Position numbers and translations under genes: made by a program
Shown: positions 9,455-17,052 of the stretch, piece by piece
How positions within the stretch are numbered: position 1 is the first letter of the stretch
How the letters are laid out: every line of letters begins with the position of its first letter
The notes under the pieces: generated by a model
Database searches by the model: none
Told to the model about the DNA's origin: nothing
What the model saw: only the letters and a program-made list of their open reading frames with translations
Origin: a virus
Taxonomy: Duplodnaviria > Caudoviricetes
Reading direction: 5' to 3' (one strand)
DNA length: 29,329 nt
Virus record (IMG/VR): IMGVR_UViG_3300032319_000282
Coordinates: 1 to 29,329 of that record

Positions 9455-10837
9455 TTATTTGTTTTGTGATTCTCTTTGTTTTCTCTTCTCCAATAACTCT
9501 TTAACTCTGTTCTTTTGTTGTTCTTCCTTGTTTTCTTCAAACCCTAAAAATGTTATGGAACTTTCGGTATCTATCACCAATAGTTCGTTATCAAATTTAC
9601 AGTTCTCAAAGACAATTCCATCGGAACCAATACGAGATTTTGTGATAGCGATTGTAGCCAATTTCATTTCTTTCTGTTGTAAACTTTTTGCAACAGTAAT
9701 AATAACGTGCCCAACTTGTGCCTTTTTAATGGAGCCACCCATTTGGTCGGTGGTAACGACCTCAGAAGATATTGAACTTCTGTTACCCTGTGTTGCAGTC
9801 CAACCTGCTAGATTAAGTTCGTGACACATGGACTCAAACCCTCTCATAACTGAACCTTCACTTTTCCACTCATCACCAAGATTCTTATCTGGTACAACAC
9901 AATCAATATAATCCAAAAGAACCATATCAATTTTATTACCCTCAGCAATCATCTTTCTGATTTGACCTTTAATTTGCAACATTGTCATTGTGTCGGATGG
10001 TAATTTCTTAAGTACTAACTTATTTGGCATCGTCTCCTTAATCTCAACAATTTTTCTCATCACCTCTTCCTTTTGATTTGCCAACTCATCAGGTGATATA
10101 CCCGTCCACAATGTAAAATGTTTTCTTTGTATAATCTTTGGGTTATCCTCAAAAAATATTTGAAGGACATTATACCCAAGATTAAATGCGTGGTTAGCAA
10201 TCTTTGTAAGTAATGTTGATTTACCTACTCCCGTTGGGTCTAATACCACACCTATCTCCCCCTTCGCCAAACCACCTTTAAGTAGTTTGTCTATGGAAGG
10301 TAACCCCATCGGAATTGGATCTCTAAAATCGTCGTTTAATACGTCGTCAAGGTTGTGGAACACATCCTCAGTTCCCTTATCAACCTCACCTACTTGTAAT
10401 GCCTCCCTAACCATTTCTTCCAACGTGTCGTAATTCTCAAATTCTCCTCCGTCAATAATCTTTTGAGCCTTTGTCATTACCTTCTGTAACTCTTGTTGTT
10501 TACAGAATTTTAATGCTTTTTCCTGAACAAATGTCACACCTTCAAATGGTGCATCTTTCACTTGCTTAATTGTATCTAATACAATCTTAGCAGCAAGTTC
10601 TTGTGAAATTTCTGACTTAGCAATTTGTTCCAAAGTGTCAAAAGATGGCGTTGACTCGTACTTCACGTAATACTCTTTAACCATCTGAATGATAATCTTA
10701 AAGTACTTATTCTCAAAGTAATTTAACTCAATAACATCAATTATTGAACGAGAAAACTCTTTGTCTATCACGATTTGATTGAGAAGTTGTAGTTGGAATG
10801 TATTACCTAAATAATTAAAATTTTTGTCAGAATTCAT
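9455..10837 (-). CDS. dnaB: Replicative SF4 helicase (DnaB / T4 gp41-like)
   Basis: GGLAKGEIGVVLDPTGVGKST (Walker A), IFFED, LLDYID (Walker B), WTATQGNR, KSR. Confidence 0.9.
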   Translation of the reverse strand: MNSDKNFNYLGNTFQLQLLNQIVIDKEFSRSIIDVIELNYFENKYFKIIIQMVKEYYVKYESTPSFDTLEQIAKSEISQELAAKIVLDTIKQVKDAPFEGVTFVQEKALKFCKQQELQKVMTKAQKIIDGGEFENYDTLEEMVREALQVGEVDKGTEDVFHNLDDVLNDDFRDPIPMGLPSIDKLLKGGLAKGEIGVVLDPTGVGKSTLLTKIANHAFNLGYNVLQIFFEDNPKIIQRKHFTLWTGISPDELANQKEEVMRKIVEIKETMPNKLVLKKLPSDTMTMLQIKGQIRKMIAEGNKIDMVLLDYIDCVVPDKNLGDEWKSEGSVMRGFESMCHELNLAGWTATQGNRSSISSEVVTTDQMGGSIKKAQVGHVIITVAKSLQQKEMKLATIAITKSRIGSDGIVFENCKFDNELLVIDTESSITFLGFEENKEEQQKNRVKELLEKRKQRESQNK

Positions 10838-10859
10838 ACTAAAATGTGTTTGTGTTAAG

Positions 10860-10866
10860 ATAAATA
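10860..10866 (-). promoter_or_regulatory. TATTTAT box upstream of the helicase gene
   Basis: TAA-TATTTAT immediately after the upstream stop, 22 nt before the ATG. Confidence 0.4.
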
Positions 10867-11319
10867 TTAGACCTCTAGCGGAAGTCCAAGGTATTCGTAA
10901 GTTAAATTTTCTTCTGAAAAAATGTCAGTCAAATCTTTAAGAATACTTTTCAAGTAAGGGCGTACATCCACAGTATACCTTACCTTCGGCGGATACATTT
11001 TAGCATCAAACTGTCTATGACAAATTGTCTCATCTCCAAGTTTTATGTACATATTAAAATACTCAGGTTGGTCAGTCATAGAAGTGTTCATAACTTTTGC
11101 GTCCTGCTCAATCAACGATTTATTGTCAATCATATACACAATTGTTTTCCACTTCAAGTCGTTTTGCAACTCGTTTTTAATTTGAAACATCAAGTCGTAA
11201 ATCTCAAAAGAATTTCTCACACTTGGGTTGTAATTTCTAACATTATAGAATCTTTGCACGATAATAATATCGTTTAGTGTCAACAAAAATTCCATCTTCG
11301 TAATGTCCATCTCTTTCAT
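10867..11319 (-). CDS. Hypothetical protein in the replication block (150 aa)
   Basis: Intact ORF packed tightly between the exonuclease and helicase genes; no motif recognised. Confidence 0.8.
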   Translation of the reverse strand: MKEMDITKMEFLLTLNDIIIVQRFYNVRNYNPSVRNSFEIYDLMFQIKNELQNDLKWKTIVYMIDNKSLIEQDAKVMNTSMTDQPEYFNMYIKLGDETICHRQFDAKMYPPKVRYTVDVRPYLKSILKDLTDIFSEENLTYEYLGLPLEV

Positions 11320-11338
11320 ACTTTATTTTGTTTTTTGG

Positions 11339-12328
11339 TTATTTTTTCTTTTCCTTTCTTGTTAATTTTAGAAATGGTTTAAGGAAGTTAATCCAAGCAT
11401 TGTCGTCTTTCGGCAAGTACTTGAATAATCCGTCAGCCATCATCATCTTCATTAGATTTTTATATCCCCTATCCGTAGGGTCAATTCTTTCTTTATAAAC
11501 TTCCTCAACTAATACTTTAGCCTCATCTGTAATTAGTGGGTTTCCTAAATCAATTATTTTTAGATTTGTATTATAAAACTCTTCACCAAGTATACCATTT
11601 TTTGATTCACCAGTCAAAATTTTACCAATAATTTTTGGAACTTTCTTTTCCTGCCCGATAATTCGTGCATTATCCAAGATTTCGGTGATAGTGCACGATT
11701 TCTCCTGCAACATAGGGAATAACTTAACCAAAGTTTTTACGCCAAGTCCATCAATACCTGAAATATTATCTGACGTATCACCAACAAAAACTTTTGTTAA
11801 TAACACATTTTGATGGGGAATATCAACTTTATCAAGTGATATCATATCACCTAATTTATAGTATTCTTTCTTAATAGGATAGTAAATTTGGACTCTTTCT
11901 GATATGAGCTGTGTAAAGTCCTTATCTCCTGAGAATATGGTTATATTCTCATCTAATGCAATCTTACAATATTGTGCTATTAAATCGTCAGCCTCATTAT
12001 GGGGAACTTCTAATTGTCTTACAAACACTTCTTCTAAATATTGTTTTACACGTCGTCTTTGGTGAAGGTAGGACTCCTCTTGGTCTTCACTCATCTCGTT
12101 TCTTCTTTGACCCTTATAGTTGGGGTATAACTCTCGTCTAACCGATGTATTGGTCTCACTATCCCAACAAACAATTACTTTATCGTAATTATGTTCTTCT
12201 AAAAACTTCCGTATTGTATTAATGAAGTGATATATTCCTCCGATATGATTATTACCTGAGAATAAATCCCTAACCCCCTCATATCCAATTTTGTAGAGAT
12301 TGTTTCCGTCAATTAAAAATGTTTTCAC
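11339..12328 (-). CDS. 5'-3' exonuclease / flap endonuclease (PolI 5' nuclease, T4 RNase H, T5 D15 family)
   Basis: LIDGNN, VCWD, RRELYPNYKGQR, EADDLIA, SGDKDFTQL, H3TH motif GDTSDNISGIDGLGVKT; GTG start. Confidence 0.92.
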   Translation of the reverse strand: MKTFLIDGNNLYKIGYEGVRDLFSGNNHIGGIYHFINTIRKFLEEHNYDKVIVCWDSETNTSVRRELYPNYKGQRRNEMSEDQEESYLHQRRRVKQYLEEVFVRQLEVPHNEADDLIAQYCKIALDENITIFSGDKDFTQLISERVQIYYPIKKEYYKLGDMISLDKVDIPHQNVLLTKVFVGDTSDNISGIDGLGVKTLVKLFPMLQEKSCTITEILDNARIIGQEKKVPKIIGKILTGESKNGILGEEFYNTNLKIIDLGNPLITDEAKVLVEEVYKERIDPTDRGYKNLMKMMMADGLFKYLPKDDNAWINFLKPFLKLTRKEKKK

Positions 12329-12367
12329 TTAACCATTTGTGTGGTGATAAAATATTGTTTCTAATTA

Positions 12368-12396
12368 AGTATAGTTGTTAGTTATAGGTAAGTCAA
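12368..12396 (-). promoter_or_regulatory. Sigma70-type promoter TTGACT-N17-TATACT for the exonuclease-helicase-nrdJ unit
   Basis: -35 at 12391-12396, 17-nt spacer, -10 at 12368-12373. Confidence 0.72.
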
Positions 12397-12398
12397 TT

Positions 12399-13514
12399 TT
12401 ATTTTTTTTCTTTACCATTTTCTTGAGTCGCGTATTTAATACCCATAATTGTTCCTACAATTGAAAACGCATTTGTTAACAATACACTAAACATATTACT
12501 CCAAGTTGAACCAATAATTTGCGTTTCCTTTCCCATCACAATTGCCATCCAATAAAGAGAAGTTGTTACAAGACCCACACCTATTATTACCGATAATGCA
12601 CATTTAACTATTATTTTTATTAACTCACTTTGACTCTTTTTCATCACCACATCCAAGTCATTCAAAGCTGCATTCTTTTCTATTTCTATAGAATCTTTAA
12701 GTTTCTTTGAATTATCTAACTCTAATTTCAAATCTTTTGTTAGTGTTTCTATTTTATTTTTACTGATAACAGTTTCAGTTATATCAGTAGCAATTTTAAT
12801 TACACTTATAACATTTCCTTTACTATCTAAAATGGGATTATACGTAGCTTGTAAATAAATAACACTACCATCCACTTTTTTTCTTTCTACCACACCTTCA
12901 AAAAACTTACCACTTCTTAAGGTATCCCAAAATATTTTATATTCATCTGACTTTGAATACTCATAACTAACAAAGATACTATGATGTCTCCCGACTATTT
13001 GATTTTTTTCGTTTGGTTTATATCCCATCGCTTGTAAAAACAGAGTGTTCGCATCTAAAATGAATCCATCAACATTAAAAGTAATACTTGCCGTACTTCT
13101 GTTAATCGCTTCTAATTGTTTTTTACTATTCGCAATTGCCGTAATGTCAGTAGCGACTTTCATTATTTTAGTAATCTTACCACTATCGTCAAAAATAGGA
13201 TTGTATGTCGCTTGTAAGTTGATAAGGGTACCATCTTTTTTTATTCTTTCAAATTCCCCTGAATAATACTTACCACTTCTTAAAATGTCCCAAAACTTTT
13301 CATACTCCGATGACTTTGCATAATCTTTACATACAAAGATGCTATGGTGCTTACCAATAAGTTCATTATATTCATCAACTTTATACCCCATCGCCAACAA
13401 AAAAATGTCGTTTACACCCAAAATGATACCTCCTAGGTCAAAATAGATAATGGCATTACTTCTATTAATGCCCTCAAGCCGGCTTAATAGCTCTTCTTTA
13501 GATAAGTTTTTCAT
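12399..13514 (-). CDS. Tandem PAS/PAC domain protein with coiled coil and two C-terminal hydrophobic helices; no output domain
   Basis: Two copies of the MCP/BdlA-like PAS pattern (IL.AN..FL.AMGY....GxHHSIFV......EY..FWD.LRSG......R.K.DG..I.LQATYNPI.D..G......K.ATDIT), then a heptad-like segment, then IIVKCALSVIIGVGLVTTSLYWMAIVM and MFSVLLTNAFSIVGTIMGIKYA. Confidence 0.88.
   Translation of the reverse strand: MKNLSKEELLSRLEGINRSNAIIYFDLGGIILGVNDIFLLAMGYKVDEYNELIGKHHSIFVCKDYAKSSEYEKFWDILRSGKYYSGEFERIKKDGTLINLQATYNPIFDDSGKITKIMKVATDITAIANSKKQLEAINRSTASITFNVDGFILDANTLFLQAMGYKPNEKNQIVGRHHSIFVSYEYSKSDEYKIFWDTLRSGKFFEGVVERKKVDGSVIYLQATYNPILDSKGNVISVIKIATDITETVISKNKIETLTKDLKLELDNSKKLKDSIEIEKNAALNDLDVVMKKSQSELIKIIVKCALSVIIGVGLVTTSLYWMAIVMGKETQIIGSTWSNMFSVLLTNAFSIVGTIMGIKYATQENGKEKK
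12775..13480 (-). repeat. Internal tandem duplication encoding the two PAS domains
   Basis: Similarity is visible in the DNA, e.g. acttaccacttcttaaggtatcccaaaa (about 12905) versus acttaccacttcttaaaatgtcccaaaa (about 13268), and tatcccatcgc versus taccccatcgc. Confidence 0.75.
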
Positions 13515-13531
13515 AGGTTAGTTTACTTTAT

Positions 13532-13539
13532 TATAAATA
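13532..13539 (-). promoter_or_regulatory. TATTTATA box for the PAS gene, inside an imperfect palindrome (13522-13555)
   Basis: Minus strand reads aaTATTTATAataaagtaaactaacctATG. Confidence 0.6.
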
Positions 13540-13581
13540 TTTTATAAAAAGTAAATAGTTAATTAAAAAAATAATTTAATT

Positions 13582-13610
13582 AAAAAACCCCTCTTTAAGG
13601 GAGGGGTTAA
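13582..13610 (-). terminator. Rho-independent terminator after the HNH gene
   Basis: Minus strand AACCCCTC-ccttaaa-GAGGGGTT followed by TTTT, just after the stop at 13614. Confidence 0.85.
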
Positions 13611-13613
13611 TTT

Positions 13614-14231
13614 TTAATTTAGTATCTTATTACTCTTCTTTAAGTTTTCCTCCGCCCATAATGGTTGGAGATTTGTGTAATGACAGAGTTTATAAAGTTC
13701 TTCTTCTGTCTTTGCGGATGATAATGGGACTATGTGGTCAATGTGCCATTCCGTTCTGTTTTCCCAACTCATTCCCGAAACAAACTTGTTTTCCAAATGT
13801 TCCTTTAATTCTTGTGGTGTACAACCGACAATTTCAGAGGTTCTTTTTGATTTATACTTTAAATATCTATTAACAGAATGTCTCATTTTTTCAAGTAAGG
13901 CAAATAAAATATCCTCTCTTCTTCTATTTTTTAAATATTCATTTATGTAACCCGGATTATTATCCCAAAATCTTTTTCTTTTCGCCAATACTTTTTCATA
14001 GTTCTCCACTTCCCACACTTTCCTATAATCTTGATAATATTTTTTATTTTCAGAGTTCCATTTATGATTGTATTCTTTAATCTTTTCTTTGTTTTGTAAT
14101 TTATATTTTTTAGTTTCTACTCTTTGACATTCTCTACAATAACTTCTAACTCCACATTTAACTTTAGACATTTTATTGAATTCACACAATTCTTTTTCTT
14201 CTTTACACTTACTACAAACTTTTGTTTCCAT
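13614..14231 (-). CDS. Free-standing HNH endonuclease (putative homing endonuclease) with N-terminal Zn finger
   Basis: CSKC...YCREC at the N-terminus; WHIDHIVPLS...LCHYTNLQPLWAEENLKKSN HNH core. Confidence 0.9.
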   Translation of the reverse strand: METKVCSKCKEEKELCEFNKMSKVKCGVRSYCRECQRVETKKYKLQNKEKIKEYNHKWNSENKKYYQDYRKVWEVENYEKVLAKRKRFWDNNPGYINEYLKNRRREDILFALLEKMRHSVNRYLKYKSKRTSEIVGCTPQELKEHLENKFVSGMSWENRTEWHIDHIVPLSSAKTEEELYKLCHYTNLQPLWAEENLKKSNKILN

Positions 14232-14373
14232 TTTTTATATATTCTTTCAATAGTTTATTAACTAGTGAAGAAAGATTTATTGATTTATCTTTAAAGTATT
14301 GTGGTAATTCAGGGTCAACCGAAATACCTATTTTAACTTTCTTTTCAATTTCTTTAATTTTATTTCTTCCCAT
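14212..14373 (-). CDS. Small ribbon-helix-helix-like DNA-binding protein (53 aa, below the track cut-off)
   Basis: MGRNKIKEIEKKVKIGISVDPELPQYFKDKSINLSSLVNKLLKEYIKNGNKSL*: beta-strand KVKIGISVD, then helix A, then helix B NLSSLVNKLLKEY. Ends TAG TAA, overlaps the HNH start by 20 nt, and has its own TATTTAT box. Confidence 0.72.
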   Translation of the reverse strand: MGRNKIKEIEKKVKIGISVDPELPQYFKDKSINLSSLVNKLLKEYIKNGNKSL

Positions 14374-14378
14374 ATATA

Positions 14379-14385
14379 ATAAATA
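14379..14385 (-). promoter_or_regulatory. TATTTAT box for the RHH-HNH cassette
   Basis: Minus strand reads gaTATTTATtatatATG. Confidence 0.55.
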
Positions 14386-14425
14386 TCTACAAATTAATAA
14401 AAAGTGGAATTATTATAACTTTTTT

Positions 14426-15418
14426 TTATTCTGTTATTTCCGGTTCATCACTTTCTTCAAGTTTTATTTCTCCATCTCCTCCAAGTATTGCATTCCAATA
14501 TTGTGAATAATCTTTTTTATATGTCTCCAAAGCTTCTTTCGTATCACTAATGAATCCTTGCGGAACCGCTATTAACTTCGTATCTTTATAACCTAAACCA
14601 TTTACGTGATTTTTAAGTATAGATACTTTTGTTCTTATCGCATAAGACACTGTTCTTCCATTTTTAGTTGCCGTAATATGGTTAATTCCCGCACTTGCTT
14701 GATTACCGAAAAGAAAAACTAAACTAGCCGACAACCAAACACTATTACCTCCCTTACTTTTTATAGTAGGTTGACCAAAGGGATTATCTGGTAGAGCCAC
14801 CCATGGTTGGTTTATTACAACAAGGGTATTGTAGTAGGGGTAATCTTCTTTTTTTGATTTGGAAATTCTAGAATGTATTCCCATACCAATCTTGTCCGAT
14901 AAAACTTTAGCATTATGCATTCCCCCACCTTTACCATCAAACGTCATTTGACAGGGTAAACTTCCGATTGAGTCCCAAAAAAATGCTAAGCTATATGGTA
15001 AATCCCCTTTTTCCTGTGCATCTAACAATTCATTAATATAATCAGTTGCCTGCTCAATAGTATCAAAACTATCGTTAAAAAGGAAATCCCCATCCCAAGT
15101 TCCGTCCGTTTCTTTTTTCGCATTTAAACCCAATTCAACTGCATGTTCAAAAGACCATTTTTTTTCTGTAATGATAAAAACAGGTAGATGTCCTTTTTTT
15201 TGGGCACTTACCGCAGCTAAAATCATTGCGGTTGTCTTACCTGCATTTGAATGACCTAACATCATTGATATTCCACCCAATACAGGACCTGGTAATCCAC
15301 AAGCGTCATAAAATGCTTGTCCGCAGTTATAAAACTCGGTTTCTTTATATTTTGTTTTTGTTGAGAACTTATCCTTAATACTTGATAATGATATCTCTTT
15401 TTTCTTAATTCCTGCCAT
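14426..15418 (-). CDS. recA: RecA/UvsX-like recombinase (start revised to ATG 15418, 330 aa)
   Basis: Walker A GHSNAGKTT, FIITE, Walker B FFWDS, VINQ, KSKGG, LKNH. The track's GTG start at 15457 falls inside a terminator hairpin. Confidence 0.85.
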   Translation of the reverse strand: MAGIKKKEISLSSIKDKFSTKTKYKETEFYNCGQAFYDACGLPGPVLGGISMMLGHSNAGKTTAMILAAVSAQKKGHLPVFIITEKKWSFEHAVELGLNAKKETDGTWDGDFLFNDSFDTIEQATDYINELLDAQEKGDLPYSLAFFWDSIGSLPCQMTFDGKGGGMHNAKVLSDKIGMGIHSRISKSKKEDYPYYNTLVVINQPWVALPDNPFGQPTIKSKGGNSVWLSASLVFLFGNQASAGINHITATKNGRTVSYAIRTKVSILKNHVNGLGYKDTKLIAVPQGFISDTKEALETYKKDYSQYWNAILGGDGEIKLEESDEPEITE

Positions 15419-15431
15419 AAATTTAATGATT

Positions 15432-15461
15432 AAAAAAGGGTGAGGTTTTATCCCCACCCTT
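15432..15461 (-). terminator. Rho-independent terminator between the ssb and recombinase genes
   Basis: Minus strand AAGGGTGGGG-ataaaa-CCTCACCCTT followed by TTTT. Confidence 0.8.
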
Positions 15462-15476
15462 AAAGTTTTATTTTAA

Positions 15477-16307
15477 TTAGAATGGTAAATCACCTGATGT
15501 TTCTTCGTCCATCTGAGGGTCTCCACCCAACATAACTTCCGATGTAGAACTATCACCAAACACATACCCACCTTTATTACTATCCCATCTTGGAGTTTCT
15601 CCACGGGCAATCGCCTCAAGATAGTCAGTTTGTTTTTTAGAATAAACATCTCTCCATGTTAACTCATCCTTAACCCACTCATCAGCCTGAGCCTTTTCAG
15701 TGTGTACAGGACTTGGGTCATCGTACATAACCGTTTGGATGATTGTATAATCCTTACCTTTTGGTGTTTTTGCTTTAGCCAATTCAATGATTAAATCTCT
15801 ACCTTTTTCAGGGTCGGTAACATCACCTTTAGCTCTCCAAATAGGAATGATTTTATCAAGAACTCCTTCGTTCTTATAGTTGTGCTTGAAACGCCAGAAC
15901 TTAACACCTTCTTCAGGTTTATCTCTGTCAATAACTTTAACAATATAAAACTTACGTGCTTTATACTGACTCGCCAATTGTTTATCCGATTCTTTACCTG
16001 TGGATATTAATTCTTCGTAAACTTCATTGAGGGGTGAACGTTCATTGTCGTTCTTTGCTGGGTCGTAGATTTTGTTCCATTGACCGCCTACTTGTACTTC
16101 GTGGAACCACGCTTCTACAAATGGGGAACTACCATCTTTGGTTGGGAGAATTCTAATTCTCTTCTGTGCTGAATTTTGATTTTGTGGAAGGATTGCCGCG
16201 AAGTATTTCTTCATACGCTCTTCCTGTGACATTTTGCCACTGCCTGAACCGCTTGACTGTTTTGATTTCTCGTACTGCGCAAGGACTGAATCTAGTGTTG
16301 ACATCAT
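15477..16307 (-). CDS. Single-stranded DNA-binding protein, T4 gp32-like
   Basis: RIRILP..DGSSPFVEAWFH, FYIVKVIDRD, DVTDPEKGRDLII, acidic C-terminal tail ending DLPF; adjacent to the recombinase gene. Confidence 0.82.
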   Translation of the reverse strand: MMSTLDSVLAQYEKSKQSSGSGSGKMSQEERMKKYFAAILPQNQNSAQKRIRILPTKDGSSPFVEAWFHEVQVGGQWNKIYDPAKNDNERSPLNEVYEELISTGKESDKQLASQYKARKFYIVKVIDRDKPEEGVKFWRFKHNYKNEGVLDKIIPIWRAKGDVTDPEKGRDLIIELAKAKTPKGKDYTIIQTVMYDDPSPVHTEKAQADEWVKDELTWRDVYSKKQTDYLEAIARGETPRWDSNKGGYVFGDSSTSEVMLGGDPQMDEETSGDLPF

Positions 16308-16341
16308 AACTTAAGTTTTATTTAATTTTTATTAATAACTA

Positions 16342-16370
16342 AATATAAACCCAAATTATCCGTTTGTCAA
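16342..16370 (-). promoter_or_regulatory. Sigma70-type promoter TTGACA-N17-TATATT for ssb
   Basis: Perfect -35 at 16365-16370, 17-nt spacer, -10 at 16342-16347. Confidence 0.78.
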
Positions 16371-16371
16371 A

Positions 16372-17049
16372 TTAAATCCCGAAGTTTTTGTTAGGTCCAG
16401 GTACAAATGATGTTCTAAGGTCTGATGGTGAGAAGTTCTCAACATCGTCTGTTGTTAAAATATATTCATTCTTACCTGACTTTTGCATATCCTGTTCCTT
16501 ATCAACAAAAAAATCTGTCAATTTCTGATTGTAAGGGCCAGAATCTAAACTTCTTAACTCAAGTTTTTCTTGCGGAGTTTTTGGACGACTTTTCTCAACC
16601 GCCGCTTCTAATGAATTAATTTTATTAACCAAATTATCCATCTCACCCAATTTAGATTCTAATCTTTCTATGTGAGCAAATAATTCTTCAAAGTAATCAT
16701 CTTGTTTTTGACTAGCATCTTTTTGACTTGTAACCAAATCAGTAATATCCAATTCTTCAGTACCTGATTCATCACCACCTTCGGTTTCTTCACCTTTAGG
16801 TTCATCACCAATCTTTTCAACATCGGGGTCATTCTCAATATCAACAGGTGCTGGTGCTCCTCCCGCATCAGGCGTTGCTGGTGGTGTCTCTCCTCCCGGT
16901 GGTGGGGGTGGTGTACCTAACCCTGTTGGCGGTGTCTCTCCTCCCGGTGGTGGGGGTGGTACATCAGTGGCAGCATCTTGCTCCATAATGTATTTATTGA
17001 TACTACGGTATCTATTAAGCTCCTGAATTATTTTCTTATCTATTGACAT
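16372..17049 (-). CDS. Acidic Pro-rich hypothetical protein with coiled coil (possible head-internal or scaffold-type protein)
   Basis: Short N-terminal helix ending IMEQ, two PPPPPGGETPP repeats, acidic linker, coiled coil IERLESKLGEMDNLVNKINSLE. Function is inferred only. Confidence 0.7.
   Translation of the reverse strand: MSIDKKIIQELNRYRSINKYIMEQDAATDVPPPPPGGETPPTGLGTPPPPPGGETPPATPDAGGAPAPVDIENDPDVEKIGDEPKGEETEGGDESGTEELDITDLVTSQKDASQKQDDYFEELFAHIERLESKLGEMDNLVNKINSLEAAVEKSRPKTPQEKLELRSLDSGPYNQKLTDFFVDKEQDMQKSGKNEYILTTDDVENFSPSDLRTSFVPGPNKNFGI
16883..16960. repeat. Exact 30-bp direct repeat (16883-16912 and 16931-16960)
   Basis: ggtgtctctcctcccggtggtgggggtggt occurs twice with a 48-bp period and encodes the poly-Pro unit. 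Confidence 0.95.
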
Positions 17050-17052
17050 ATG

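Noticed and set aside
7571-15418. Inteins or group I introns in nrdJ, the helicase or recA
   Set aside because: Protein lengths are ordinary, motifs are contiguous, and no intein terminal motifs were seen; the HNH gene is intergenic.
15419-15457. Track N-terminal extension of recA (MGIKPHPFLIIKF)
   Set aside because: Begins at a GTG inside the terminator hairpin.
9013-16868. Alternative-frame minus-strand ORFs 9013-9210 and 16668-16868
   Set aside because: Fully nested in nrdJ and the 225-aa gene, no recognisable features; expected by chance.
16883-16960. 30-bp repeat considered as a mini CRISPR array or att site
   Set aside because: Only two copies, an 18-nt spacer, in frame within a gene encoding poly-Pro, and no cas or integrase gene nearby.
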